Positions 27,401 through 39,400 of a stretch of DNA of 64,000 nt are shown piece by piece. The translations under genes were made by a program, and so were the position numbers. Position 1 is the first letter of the stretch, and each line of letters begins with the position of its first letter. The DNA comes from Thalia democratica (taxonomy: Eukaryota): contig OZ241826.1 of assembly GCA_965202585.1 (NCBI GenBank), positions 28,148,001 through 28,212,000 on the forward strand. The letters are read 5' to 3'. Below the pieces are notes generated by a model. The model made no database searches, was not told the DNA's origin, and saw nothing but the letters and a program-made list of their open reading frames with translations.

Positions 27401-29986
27401 CTTTGTTTAAATAGAAATTTTTGTTTTTAGTTATTCAAAGTAAGTTTTGTTTTAAACAGTTTGTTTTTTATATACAGTAAATAGTTTTTAATTTAATTTA
27501 TACATTTTAAAGTATACCCCTTATAAATTAGATTTTAATTAAATTTTTCAATCCAGTTAAATTTATTTTTTAAAGCTGTTGATTTTTATTTCTTTCTTAG
27601 TGTATGTATCTGTTTTTTGTATAAAATATATTCATCCATGACATGTCTAGTTTTATACACAGTAGCACTAAGTATTATTTAATATAGCTTTTAGTTTCAT
27701 AAATGTTATTATCTACTTATTGTGGTTAATGGTTTGGGTCAGGGTTGCCATTTTACCAGGAAACCTAGTAAATCCTGGAATTAAGGCAAAAAAACCTGAA
27801 ATTTGAGAAATTTTTAAAAAACGCAGAATTTTGAACAATAATCACTGAGAAACTTAATATTTTAGCCATTTTAAGCTTACTGAGTAGTAAAATTTTGATT
27901 AGACCAAAAAAACTATGAAATAGATAGAAAAAATTCGTCATCATCATGATTTTTTTATATTAAAATATACATCTAATGTTTAATTTTACATTACTATTTT
28001 ATTATATTATTTTGCACAGTTTCTTACCCAAAATTAATTTTAAACTAAAAATATACCCAAAAATATGTACTTTTAGAAACTTAGAGGAAATTTAGGAAAC
28101 CTAGAAAAAAATTTGACAGGGTTGCTCAAAAGTTAAGAAATAAGGAAAATTTAGGTTTTCAAAAAAAATTAAGGAAATGTCAGGAAAATTCAAAAAAAAA
28201 CCAGTCACAATTTGTCAATTTAAGTTTATAAAGTTACTTGTTTTACAAAACCTTGCAATGGTAAAAAATTAATCAAAAATTCTTTAAAGTCAGAAAAACA
28301 TTTCAAAATTTTTCTAGAGATTACGAAATTATTAATTTTCCATTTTCTTTATCTAGTGTAACATTAAAAAAATTACATGTTATAAAAATATAAAAATTTT
28401 CTTTAATCATATGGAACAAGCAGATTTTGTAAGCTTTTTAATATTGATGTTCTATAGCAAGGATACTTCCAATGTGAAACTGTGATATATACATAAAAGT
28501 TAATCTAGCATAATTATATAATTAAAGTGTTTTTTTTCTTTAAGTAAATAGTTAAGCTATTTAAAATTAATCAGTTAGTTATGTATTTTGTGTAACAAGT
28601 TGATGTGTATATCAACCCCTTTTATGATTTTTTTAAGTTGTTTTAATTTGTAAAACAAGTTTTAAGAGATGTATATGCCATGAATTAGTTTACTTATTTG
28701 TTTTTTTGTAAAATAACTTAAGTTTTTAATATAATTAAGAGTAAATTTATATGTTACAAGTTTTAGGCTAAGTGATAAGAGAAAATATTTTATACAACAG
28801 ATAAAAAGTTTTATTTTTTATGTATTTTCTTACTGTTGCTGAAATAGATATATAAAAAATGCTAAAAAAGTTGTCTTTTTTTAGACAAGCTGTGTTTATA
28901 AGGTAATAATACAAGTAAATTGCTTATAGAGCAGTTTATAGCAAAAAAATCAATCATACACAGATGGTTCAAGTAATGTGCTGGAAGTTTGTTAATTGAA
29001 TTCAGCAAAAAAAAACTGTTGTCTTAATCTGTATTATAATACGACTAAAAGCTTCATATAGTTTAAAGTGTTATATTGTGGTTGATTTAACTTCTTCAAA
29101 AATTATATACTATTTATTCAAATATATATTGTTTATTAACTAACATATAAACCGCTCAATATTTTTGTTCCTAGGATTTGGTGCACAAAATACCTTTCGG
29201 TTATTGAATCGAACTCCACGGATACCTTTTAACGTCTTGTCCAGGACGAGACAAATATAAACTATTTTAAGTGTTTCAATCTAATTATCAAATCAAAAAG
29301 AAAGGTGAATTTTAGCAAAAAAATACTTATAACACTCAACCTAAAAATATTTAAGCTTATCATTATTTTTCATTTATAAAAAAGTTGTGACCACTTTTCT
29401 AATTATTTCCATGCTTGGTATAAATATTGTTGACTTCGTTTTATCAATCTATTTTAGGTTAATATTTAAATTGTAATATTCTAAATATTCTCTACTAATT
29501 TTTTTGAGGTTTAGGCTTGGACTGTATTTAAGTTTTTTGTTCTTTGATAAGTTTTAAAGTACAGTGTGAATAAATATATTTTAAGTAAACCCATAACTAA
29601 CTTCACTTTCTTTTTTTTCTTTTCATTATATTCATTTTTTACTAATCAAGGTTTAAAAGTTTAAGTTGAAAAAGTTTAACATTTGTTGCTAAGAAAAAAT
29701 TGTAAAAGCATGTGATGTACGACTTGATAACTGAAAGACTTTTATCACATTAACTCCTTATTAGACCAAACCTTTGTTCAATAAAAAAAATAGACAAAAA
29801 AAATATGCATGGAAAGCATTGTCTGAACATTAACTGCTTACTTGGTTAAGAAATCTAAGATAAACCATTATACTTTGATTTAATTACGTTGACTACATTT
29901 AAGTAATTTAATTATTTAATTTAATAAAAAAAATGATTAATTTATTAAATTTAGACTTTTTATACAGATTGTACAGTAAATACATC

Positions 29987-31687
29987 ATGTACTCAGACGA
30001 AGAATGTTTAGATCAGACAATCTCGCAGTTTCCTGGTCCTCAGAACTACTTGCGTCGCCTATGTGAAGAAGAAAAGCAAATAACGAAAAGTGTTATCGAT
30101 AAAATGGTGGAACGATTTGAAGCAAAAAAAGAATGTTTGGTGAAAGAAGCTGTGAAATTGTTTAAATGCGAAAATTCGGCTTTCAAAAAATCTCTTTCTA
30201 AGGATTCCAAACACGAGCTTCAACTATTGGAAAGCGACGATCCGGATTACGATCTGTTGAAAAGATCGCTAGATTTGAGCGGTGAAACGAACAAATTGAA
30301 AAAGTACTCGAACAAAAACGTCGCTCTTAGGATTTACAGGGTCAAATCAAATGTGGAACGTTGCAGATGTACAGGCTTGCTGCTTCTGCACGGCACCAAA
30401 GAAAGCAACATCGAAGGAATTTTGAGAGAAGGACTGAGACCTTCTTCGTCAGGAAAACATGGCCCCGGTATTTATTTGACGAACAGCTTTGAAATTGCTC
30501 ATTGTTATGGAAATCGCTTTGTGGAAAAAGATGGTAGCGCCAAAGACTTGACATACTTGTTTGTAAGCAAAGTGAAAAAGACGCTCGCAAGTTCAGGTTG
30601 TCTTTGTGGAGAGTGTAAAGATGACCAGTCTGTTGAAACTCACGAACAATTGCTTAATAAGAATACAACTTCAACTTTGTTTATAAAATCTTCATACCCG
30701 TGTCTTGACTCCAGTCTTATTTACGAGCCCGTTTTAAAGGTTTTCGATGGAAATTCATATTCCGAAAAACAAATTGAATTTGAAGACTCTCTAGCCTGCA
30801 AGTTCGACAGCGACGGAAACAAAATTCTCTCGGGAACGTTTCAAGTTTTAAGTGACGAAAAAAGAATATTTGTGGCTCACCATGATTTATTAACTCTCGA
30901 ATACCTGATAGAGATCGAAATAAAGCAAAGCGCACGCGAGCTTGCGAAACACATTTTGTACGACTCTTCAATCTCAGATCCACCAAAAGACGCGTTGATT
31001 GAAAACAGTCCTGTTAACTCTGAAGACTGCTCCATGACTGCTTTAGTTGAGGAGCTTGAAAAAGAATTAAGCGCCAACCTGCAGGCAGAAGTTGATCATG
31101 TGAAGCACCAGTTTGAACGAAAAGTGAAGTCTTTCATGCGGCAACTGTTGTTTGAAACGAGCACCATATTGAAAACCGACAACTGTGCCAAGTACAAAGC
31201 GGAGCTGCTGCAAACTTCAGATCCAGATCATCAGTTTGTGCTCGGTAATATGACCAAAAACAGCCGAAACGCGCTAATCTTGCATATTTTCAGGATCAAC
31301 CCAGTCGACGAAAGCAAAAAGACACGAGGAGGCTTGCTTTACCTGCGAGGAGTCAAGTCCCATGAGGTGCCGAAAGTTCTGGCGAGAGGCTACCCTGCGA
31401 ACCCTGAGGATTTGTTGGGTCAGTGCGAGTGCGGAGTCAGTTACTGTTTCTGCCACGCTTCCACCATCTTGAACTGTGAACTAGGAGATGGATTAAGCCA
31501 CTGCGTCACGAACGGAAAAGTTGAAAAGCTGTCGTTCGTCTTCGTGGCGAGCGACGGCAAAGTAGCGGACAATGAAGCTTTTTGCAACTCCGACACCAGA
31601 GGGTGCTGTTTTAAAACTGGACTGGTGTTCAAGCATCAGCTGATCGGCATGACTCCGGCTTATTTAGTTGTTTTTAGCGTTCAATAG
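29987..31687 (+). CDS. Tandem-domain ADP-ribosyltransferase (PARP catalytic fold x2; second domain degenerate), 566 aa, intact
   Basis: Domain 1: ELQLLESDDPDYDLL...IYRV...LLLLHGT..NIEGILREGL..GPGIYLT..AHCYG...IFV..DLLTLEYLIEI. Domain 2: AELLQTSDPDHQFV..IFRI..LLYLRGV..VPKVLARGY...TPAYLVVF. The ATG at 29987 matches the paralog starts (MYS[DN]). All three copies have a CAG acceptor exactly 19 nt upstream of the ATG. Confidence 0.85.
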   Translation: MYSDEECLDQTISQFPGPQNYLRRLCEEEKQITKSVIDKMVERFEAKKECLVKEAVKLFKCENSAFKKSLSKDSKHELQLLESDDPDYDLLKRSLDLSGETNKLKKYSNKNVALRIYRVKSNVERCRCTGLLLLHGTKESNIEGILREGLRPSSSGKHGPGIYLTNSFEIAHCYGNRFVEKDGSAKDLTYLFVSKVKKTLASSGCLCGECKDDQSVETHEQLLNKNTTSTLFIKSSYPCLDSSLIYEPVLKVFDGNSYSEKQIEFEDSLACKFDSDGNKILSGTFQVLSDEKRIFVAHHDLLTLEYLIEIEIKQSARELAKHILYDSSISDPPKDALIENSPVNSEDCSMTALVEELEKELSANLQAEVDHVKHQFERKVKSFMRQLLFETSTILKTDNCAKYKAELLQTSDPDHQFVLGNMTKNSRNALILHIFRINPVDESKKTRGGLLYLRGVKSHEVPKVLARGYPANPEDLLGQCECGVSYCFCHASTILNCELGDGLSHCVTNGKVEKLSFVFVASDGKVADNEAFCNSDTRGCCFKTGLVFKHQLIGMTPAYLVVFSVQ

Positions 31688-31921
31688 ACTTTAAATAAAT
31701 TGTATTCCTTTAGTTGATACAAGTGTCTGTATAAACACTCAAAAACGACAATTGGTTTAATTTTTCAAAAAGTTCTATATACTTTTTAAACTGTTTTATT
31801 TGAATAAATAGTTATTTATAATAGTTACTAACATGATATTTTCTTAAAATCACTGGTTCGTTTAAAAAAGATGAAAATTTATTTTACTTCTCAACAAATA
31901 AATTTTCGACTCTTTTTACAG

Positions 31922-33621
31922 CAGGGGTCGGCTGGCAGTTGGTGCTAGCGGGCCAAATTTCAAGTTTATAAAATCTTCGCGGGCCGCAGTTTTAGTTTTA
32001 GTGAAACTAAAATAATATTTAGTTTCTAGTTTAGTTACACTAGATAAAGTTTTACTTTTACTCACTTTATTATTTTAAATGACGTTTTTACTCTCTAAGA
32101 AGTTCAGAAATTAGTTAACTAAATAAAATTAATACCTATTTGTATTGTAGAAAAGCTAAAACATATTCCTTAACATAATTAATGCTCGAATATTTTAATA
32201 GAATATATTATTAGTAATTCATAAGTATTTACATGGTTGTCACTTTAAAAGCTAAATATTTACAAGTTATATAAGATCAGCCTAAGTTTATAAAAGTTGA
32301 AAAACTAAAAATTTGCTGTTAACCAAGCTTAACACCTAAATAAGTTATCATAATTACAAAAAAGTACACAATATTTAAGAAGGCAATAAAAAAAACACTA
32401 TTATTAAACTGCATTACAGTCATAAAAAATATTCAGAGATTTCTAAGACTTATTTAAAATGTTGTAAATCAAAGTTTAACACACACCTGAGTTTTAAAAA
32501 CAATTCTTAAAGTAGTTCAATCTAGTCTGTGTTTTTTTGATTTTTAAACTAGCTCGTGTGTTTGGCAACCCTGTCTAAATTAAAGTTTAAAAAATAAAGA
32601 AATAACGAAGTTTATTAACAGTAAGTTAAAAGTATAGCAAAACAATTTTTTAAGTCTGATTGAATAAAATATTAACTTTCTTAAACATTTTATATTAAAA
32701 TACAAAAATCATTAAGCCATTAATAAAATAAATAAAAAATAATATTGTATTTAAAATGAGTAAATAGAAATATTAAAGAAGCTATAAGAATTTAAAAACG
32801 TTAGTTGGGAGTTTTTGGAGAAACGAAAAAAAAATTGCTCAAGTCAGTTCCAACAAAGCACATGATTGTTTTCAGTAGCTACAGAATGTTCAGACAATTT
32901 GTTAAGGCAATTTGATATTTTTGAACTTTTTTATAGAATTTGTGTTGGCCGCTGTAAAATATTTTTGTTTATTTCTTCGATGAAAACAAGATTTATGTTT
33001 AGGAAATGTCACATTGTATAATTAAAAAACCACATAATTCAATGTGGACTTTAATAAATTTGTTAAGATGAGAGCACTGATACAACATTTTTTTTTATCT
33101 GGGAATGTTTATTAGAGGTGTTTTTAATAACTTTGATATTTTAGAAGAACTTTTAGGTTAAGTTCAATGCAAAGCACAGCAATAGGCAAAGAAATTAAAA
33201 AGAAAAAGGTGCAATGCAAAAATATAAAGTTTTTTTAAATACAACTTTTTGTTTCTTTTTTTAGTATAAAACTAAATTAAAGGTAAAATAATTGTCTTGA
33301 ATAACAAAGCAATTAAATAGCAACACAGTTATTGAACATCTACAAAATAAACTTAGGAATAAAAATCATTGAAAACCTAAACTGTAAAGAAATGACATTG
33401 TAGTTAATTACTGTTTATTACTTTTGTATAAAATCGAAAACATATGTATTTAGTTTATTTACTAAAAATGTATTATAAAATAACTTACTTAATTCAAGCA
33501 CTCTTAACACTCTGTTTCAAGATAATAACTTGCTGTTAAAAAAGAAAGTTATTATGATCATTTGTGTTGATCCATTCAAAAAAATAACGCACTTGCGGGC
33601 CACAGATTTAACCGACCTCTG
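31922..33621. mobile_element. Internally deleted hAT element, inverted relative to the 20436-26313 family member
   Basis: Ends CAGGGGTCGG ... CCGACCTCTG with a perfect 8-bp TSD TTTTACAG (31914-31921 / 33622-33629). The body matches the reverse complement of ~24600-26313 plus the first ~100 nt of the larger element. Confidence 0.9.
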
Positions 33622-36359
33622 TTTTACAGGTTTATTATTACATCAACCGGTTTATTTAGCTGATTATAGCTTTCAGCAGATTTTAAGTACAAATGTTTAA
33701 TTGCTGTTTTTCTATAGTTGAGGTGATCAATAAAAACATCAGAAAATATCTTCAGAACCTAAGCCTAGACTTTTGTATGTCGTGAGACAAGCTCAAGTTT
33801 TTCAATGTAAAATTTTATTTGACAAGTTGGCTAAGTCACATTAGTCGTATAAAGTAACACCCGTGATAAGTTTTAGCATTGCTTGGAGGTCGTATTTCTA
33901 TCGAAATAGCAAATCGCCTCTTTTAATTAAACTCTGTTAGTATAAGTTCGTAAGTATATGCGTTGTCTTGAAAGTTTTAATTTGTTTACGGTTAGTCTTG
34001 TACAACTTAATTCAATTAAAAGATAGATAAGGCTAAGTTTTCAGCAGTTTATATAGTTTGTTTAATACCGAATTTACCAATTGTAATACCTTTTAAATAG
34101 TAAAAAACGAAGAACCTTGAATTCTTCCCTTTTTAACAACAAACGTTTTATGGTTCATTTCAAGCAAAATTGCGTTGCATTTAAGACAAAATTGTCAGCT
34201 TTGAACGTTTTGTTATCTTACTTGTTATTTTAAAACTATAAGTATGAGATAATCACGACGCAGGCTCATTTAAAAACAACTCAAAGAAACTGTGATTTAA
34301 ATTATGTTTTTTGTAGGTTTTGTTTTTTGACCTCTAGATTATATTCTAATTCAACGTACAACATTTAAATGAAGTTTAATTGAGTTTTTTATTCTATTTT
34401 TTTCAAACTTTATTTAAAGTTAATTATGTAATTCAGCACTTACGTCTCGTCACTCAAGATTAAACTCATGTATTATTATTATGCTTGCACGTGATATTTA
34501 AACAGTTCTGATCTTTTTTTTCTTATAATGCATGATTTTTTCGCAGTAATAACTATTTTTATAATTGTTTCTATCGGGACTAGTTAAAATACAAATTCGT
34601 TTCTTTTAACTATGTACATTTATTAGGCGAAAATTCTTTACAGAGTGCATCATAAACTATTCTCTCTTTTAAACATTTTAAAAGTTTGAAATCAATTTGG
34701 AAAATTTTTCCATGCATTAATCCTAAAAGAATTAAGAATAGTAGGAGCTCAGAGTGGTTACTGCTCCTTGGTAGTTAAACTATTATGATTGTATTTTATA
34801 TATTTAAAATATAATATTTTTTTAGCAAACCATCAACCTAAACTTTTTTTATGAAAATAGGAAGGAATAAAAAAAATTAGAAAAACGTAGTAAATAAATA
34901 TGATACAGTGCATAATGCATACTTTTAAGTATATTGTTGCCTCATTATACAAAAAGACTAATTTAAACCTTAGTAAATTTAAAAGTTTTAGCGTAAGTAA
35001 TTTATTATTTATTGAAAAATTAACAAATCAAAGTGTGTAATTGTACTAACCAGTAGAGTTGAAAAATTAACTACTTTTAAAAGAAAAAAGTCCATTCGAT
35101 TCTTTTTCCTTTTATTAAAATAATTCTCAAGACTTTTATTTTATAACAGTTATCTGATTTTTATTTTATTTTTTTATATATTAAAAAATCAATCTAAAGA
35201 TAAAAATATTTATTGATATCTAAAAAACAAAAATTTAAAATCTTTTAGCTTTTCTGCTAATTTAATAAGTAATTACCTAAACGCACAAAAAAAATAAATA
35301 TACTTAAATTGACTGCTAAACTCTGAAGCTGCATTCTTTATAAAATTAACAATGTTTTATACCAATTAAATTTGTTAATCAGTTAATGTTTGCTGCCATT
35401 AAAAAATTTGAAACTTATAAAGTTTTTACACTTTTTACTATGTATTAAAATAAACCATTTTAACTGTGTCGCTATCCCCAAGGATTCTACTTATAAACTA
35501 CTATTGGCCTGATTTAAAACGCAACGTGCGCTCTAACTTGTGTAGTAGATGCCCCCAAGATAACGCTTAAATTATAGTCGACTTAAATAAACTAATATGA
35601 ACTACTTACTATTTACTAAAGGTTTAATAAATCAGTTACTTATACTAATTTAAACTTAGTTCGAATCTGTGATAATGATTATATTTACATTGAATTTGCG
35701 AAACGAAAAGATGATAAAATACTGCACAACATTACACTAATAAACCAAATTATCAATTTATTTTAAAAGACGACAATACTCGAATAAAAGAAACTAAAAA
35801 TAGATGTTTAAACCGAACTCAAAAAGTGTTCTAAAATCGAAATCAACTCGACAACAAGATTGAAACCATTAAAACTTAAGTGCAGCGAAAAGCAGCACTG
35901 ACTTCAGTCTGCTGCAATGCAGTAGAAACTAAAAGAAGTCGAAATTACGCGAGATTGTTGAATTTATACTCGCTTGAGAGAAAAGAAGAAAGTAAAAAAG
36001 AGACAATTGCCACTAGAGTGGCACATTTCCTCTCCATACTTTCGTACTTTAAGAATTTATTCTTGGTTTTCCGAAAAAAACATTAGTTAATAATCATTAA
36101 CACTTGTAAGAATGCTTAAAACTCCCTATATAGAAAAATGAACGAAAAACGACCGCCGACTTTTATCTCTTTAGTTTAAAAAGTATTACTTTACTTAACT
36201 CTATAAATTCTATAAGTCGGTTTAAATTACACAAAAATGATTAAAGTATGATAAAATTTTACAAAATGACAGAAAAATATAGAAAGTTTAAAAAAATTTC
36301 TTCGCTGCTGGAACTCGCTCCACCCTTGTTCATCTCCACGTCGTTTGACCGGTTTATGC

Positions 36360-36545
36360 TAATCCGTCTCCTAGCCTCACCTTACCGGTCTGTTGGCGCA
36401 ACGGAATCCGTCTCCTGGCCTCACCTTACCGGTCTGTTGGCGCTACGGAATCCGTCTCCTGGCCTCACCTAACGGTCTGTTGGCGCTACGGATTCCGTCT
36501 CCTGGCCTCACCTTACCGGTCTGTTGGCAGTACGGAATCCTCGGA
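36360..36545. repeat. 44-bp tandem repeat (about 4 units) in a GC-rich island (~36295-36660)
   Basis: Unit ggaatccgtctcctggcctcaccttaccggtctgttggcgctac; observed periods 44, 43 and 44 nt. Confidence 0.9.
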
Positions 36546-37989
36546 TCCGTCTCTCCATACATCTCCTCGTTCATCTCCTCGTAGATAAAGCTCGGTCTCC
36601 TCGTACTGCTCCTCGCCGATTCGTTTTTCGAGCCTTTCGTGCGATAGTCCAAATAGAATGTACGTAACATTTAAATTTTAAAAACAAGTTTAAACATTAG
36701 AAAAAAATCAATTTAGAAACTTATATGCTATTAGTTAGCAAAAACATTACTTAAATCAATTAGTCTATTCATATTTTAACTTTAAAGTTTGTTATGTTTT
36801 AAAGTAATTGAGAAACATTTATGGCTCCAATCAATACACAGTAATTCTCTACAAGCTTTAAAATAAAAAAACATTTCTCATTTTACACGAATTAGTTGAC
36901 TAAACAAGCATTCACATGCGTATCAAAAGTTTAAACTTCTTTTCGTAAAAATATAAAGCTAGTGAACTTGTACTGATTTTAAAAACTTTAATATTCTAAC
37001 AAATTTTAAACAAAGTTGTTTTTTATTTTCAGATTTTAAATACCGGGTAAGACATTTGTAGCTCGAATGACCTCGTTAAAAATGATTTTTTATAGTACGG
37101 TTAGATTTAAAACAACAAAAAACATGCCAATAAAGTTTGTTACAAGAAATTAACAAGGTCATTGTAAAACAACCGTAAATATAATAGTTTAAATTTTGAA
37201 CATAACATTGTTGCTAAATATAAAATTAAATTAAGCTTAATAAATTTAAGACATTTCAATTTAATAACCGATTATGCACTCGAAAACAAGTTTTAATAAC
37301 CTCATACAAATATATTTACAAGGACGAACGAAAAACAACAATGTTTTTACATACAGTTTAAAAAGTTTCTTATCCGTTATAGTTCAAATTAAAACGATTG
37401 TTTGAAAACAAAACAATTAAACTTTACAGTTGCTAACTTTTCTAGACGTTTAAAACTCTTTTTGTTATAAGAAAGTTTTATTATTAGAAGCCTATAATTT
37501 CATTTAAATTTTTAGTGAACTTTTCTCTTTTGATAAAATGTTTAAAACGATTGAACGATATTTAATTAATTTGACGAAACGGCGGAACAACTTGAAAACA
37601 AGACTAACTTTTGTTTAAACTTACTCGTACAAGTTTTAAAATTCATTTTAAAAAACGCTTCAACAATGAATTGCAAAAATATCATACACCACCAATACAT
37701 TTTAGTTCTAACACATGTCGATTAGCCTTTCCCCAAACCACTTTAACATAAAATTAAACACAATAAAGCTAATTACCATTAGCAAAAAACAACCCAAATC
37801 TATCACAAACTCGAACTAATTAGTTGTTTTTCCAACTAGAAATTTTAAACTCATTTTAATAAATTTTACAGACCTGATGACTAGGTTAAATAAATGCCAT
37901 AAAGTTTATCGAATTTATACTATTATTATATCAGGTTTATTTCACTCTGTCCCAATGTCACCATCTAAACAACGTAAAAAAAATTTTTT

Positions 37990-39400
37990 ATAAATAATAC
38001 ATTTAAAGTAGCTTTATAGTATATTTTTAGTGATTTTTTTATTCTTTAACACAGTTTCTTACCTTAAACTTAACTTTAAACTAAAAATAGACCCAAAAAT
38101 GTGTACTTTACAAACTTGGACGAAATTTGGTAAAACTGCAAAAATTTTGATAGGGTTGCTACAAGGTCAGGAAATAAGGAAAAGTCAAGCAAAATTGGGG
38201 TTTTTGGAAAAAAGTTAGGAAACGTTAAGAAAATTGATAAAAAAGAAACAATAGTCAGATTTTTAGAATTACAAAATTCCTCATTTTAAAAATCCTTCAA
38301 ATGGTAAAAGAGTTAATTAAAATGCCTTTGAAATCAGAAAAAAATTCCAAAATTTTGCTAGTAATTATCAAAATTATTCAGATTTTATTGTGTTTATATG
38401 GTATAAACTAATAAAATATCCTTTATATAGTTGCAAAAAATTTCTTTAAACATATTGAACTAGCAGATTTTGTAACCTTTTTAATATTGATAATCTGTAG
38501 CAAGGACACTTCCAAAGTGAAACTGTGATATTTACACATAAGATAATTTAGCATAATATTAGAATCAAAGTGTTTTTTCTTCTAGTAAATAATTGAGCTC
38601 TTTATAAATAAGCAGTTAGTTTAGTATATTATGTAACAACTTAATGTGTATACTTTACCTCTTTATAATTTTTTTTAAGTTGTTTAAATTTTTTAATTAA
38701 GTTATAAAAGAGATATATGCCATTATTCAGATTACTTGTCTGTATTTTTTGTAGAATAACTTAAGTTTAAATACAGATAAGAGTAGATTTATTTGTTACA
38801 GATTTTATGTTAAATGATAGGAGGAAATATTTTATCAAAAAATAAATAGGTTGATTTTTTGTGTATTTTCTAACTGTTACTTAAGTATATATGTTAAAAA
38901 TGATAAAAAAATGTTTCTATTTTCAGACAAGCTGTGTTTGTAAGGTAATAATAACAATATTTTGCTGATAGGTCAGTTTATTGCAAACACATGAATCATA
39001 CACAAATGGTTCAAGTGATCTAATGGAAGTTTGATCATTGAATTCAGCAAAAAACAAAACTTTTGTTTTAACCTGTATTAAAATTAGATTAAAAACTTCA
39101 CATAGTTTCAAGTGCTTGACTATGTATTTTAGAATAGGTTAAAATTAAGAGTTAGATTTAAAAAAGTCAGGAAATTTTTCTCAGCTTGATCTGTGGCAAC
39201 CCTGTTTTGTAAAAAAAATGTGGAATCCTGTGTGGACGTAAAACAAACTATAACCATACATACAATTCCTTGTAGGTTACTGGATCATAAATCATGTTTG
39301 CTAATCGACTGTCTACTTTTGTTTAAGGAATTAATAATATTTGTCATTTAACAACAAAAAACATTCATTCAAATCTGACTTTTTTGGTTAATGTAACAGT
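37990..39400. repeat. Orphan copy of the ART upstream module with no ART ORF following
   Basis: Direct homolog of ~27980-29050 and inverted homolog of ~6400-8080. It continues into a piece of the homeobox-flank duplicon (39470-39720) rather than an ART ORF. Confidence 0.8.

Noticed and set aside
29933-29986. Upstream ATG giving a 584-aa protein
   Set aside because: It lies 5' of a CAG acceptor conserved 19 nt before the MYS ATG in all three paralogs; the extension is AT-rich and not conserved.
4349-31632. Short antisense or alternate-frame ORFs over the ART genes (and over the homeobox low-complexity exons)
   Set aside because: Shadows of GC-richer coding sequence; their lengths and ends differ between paralogs.
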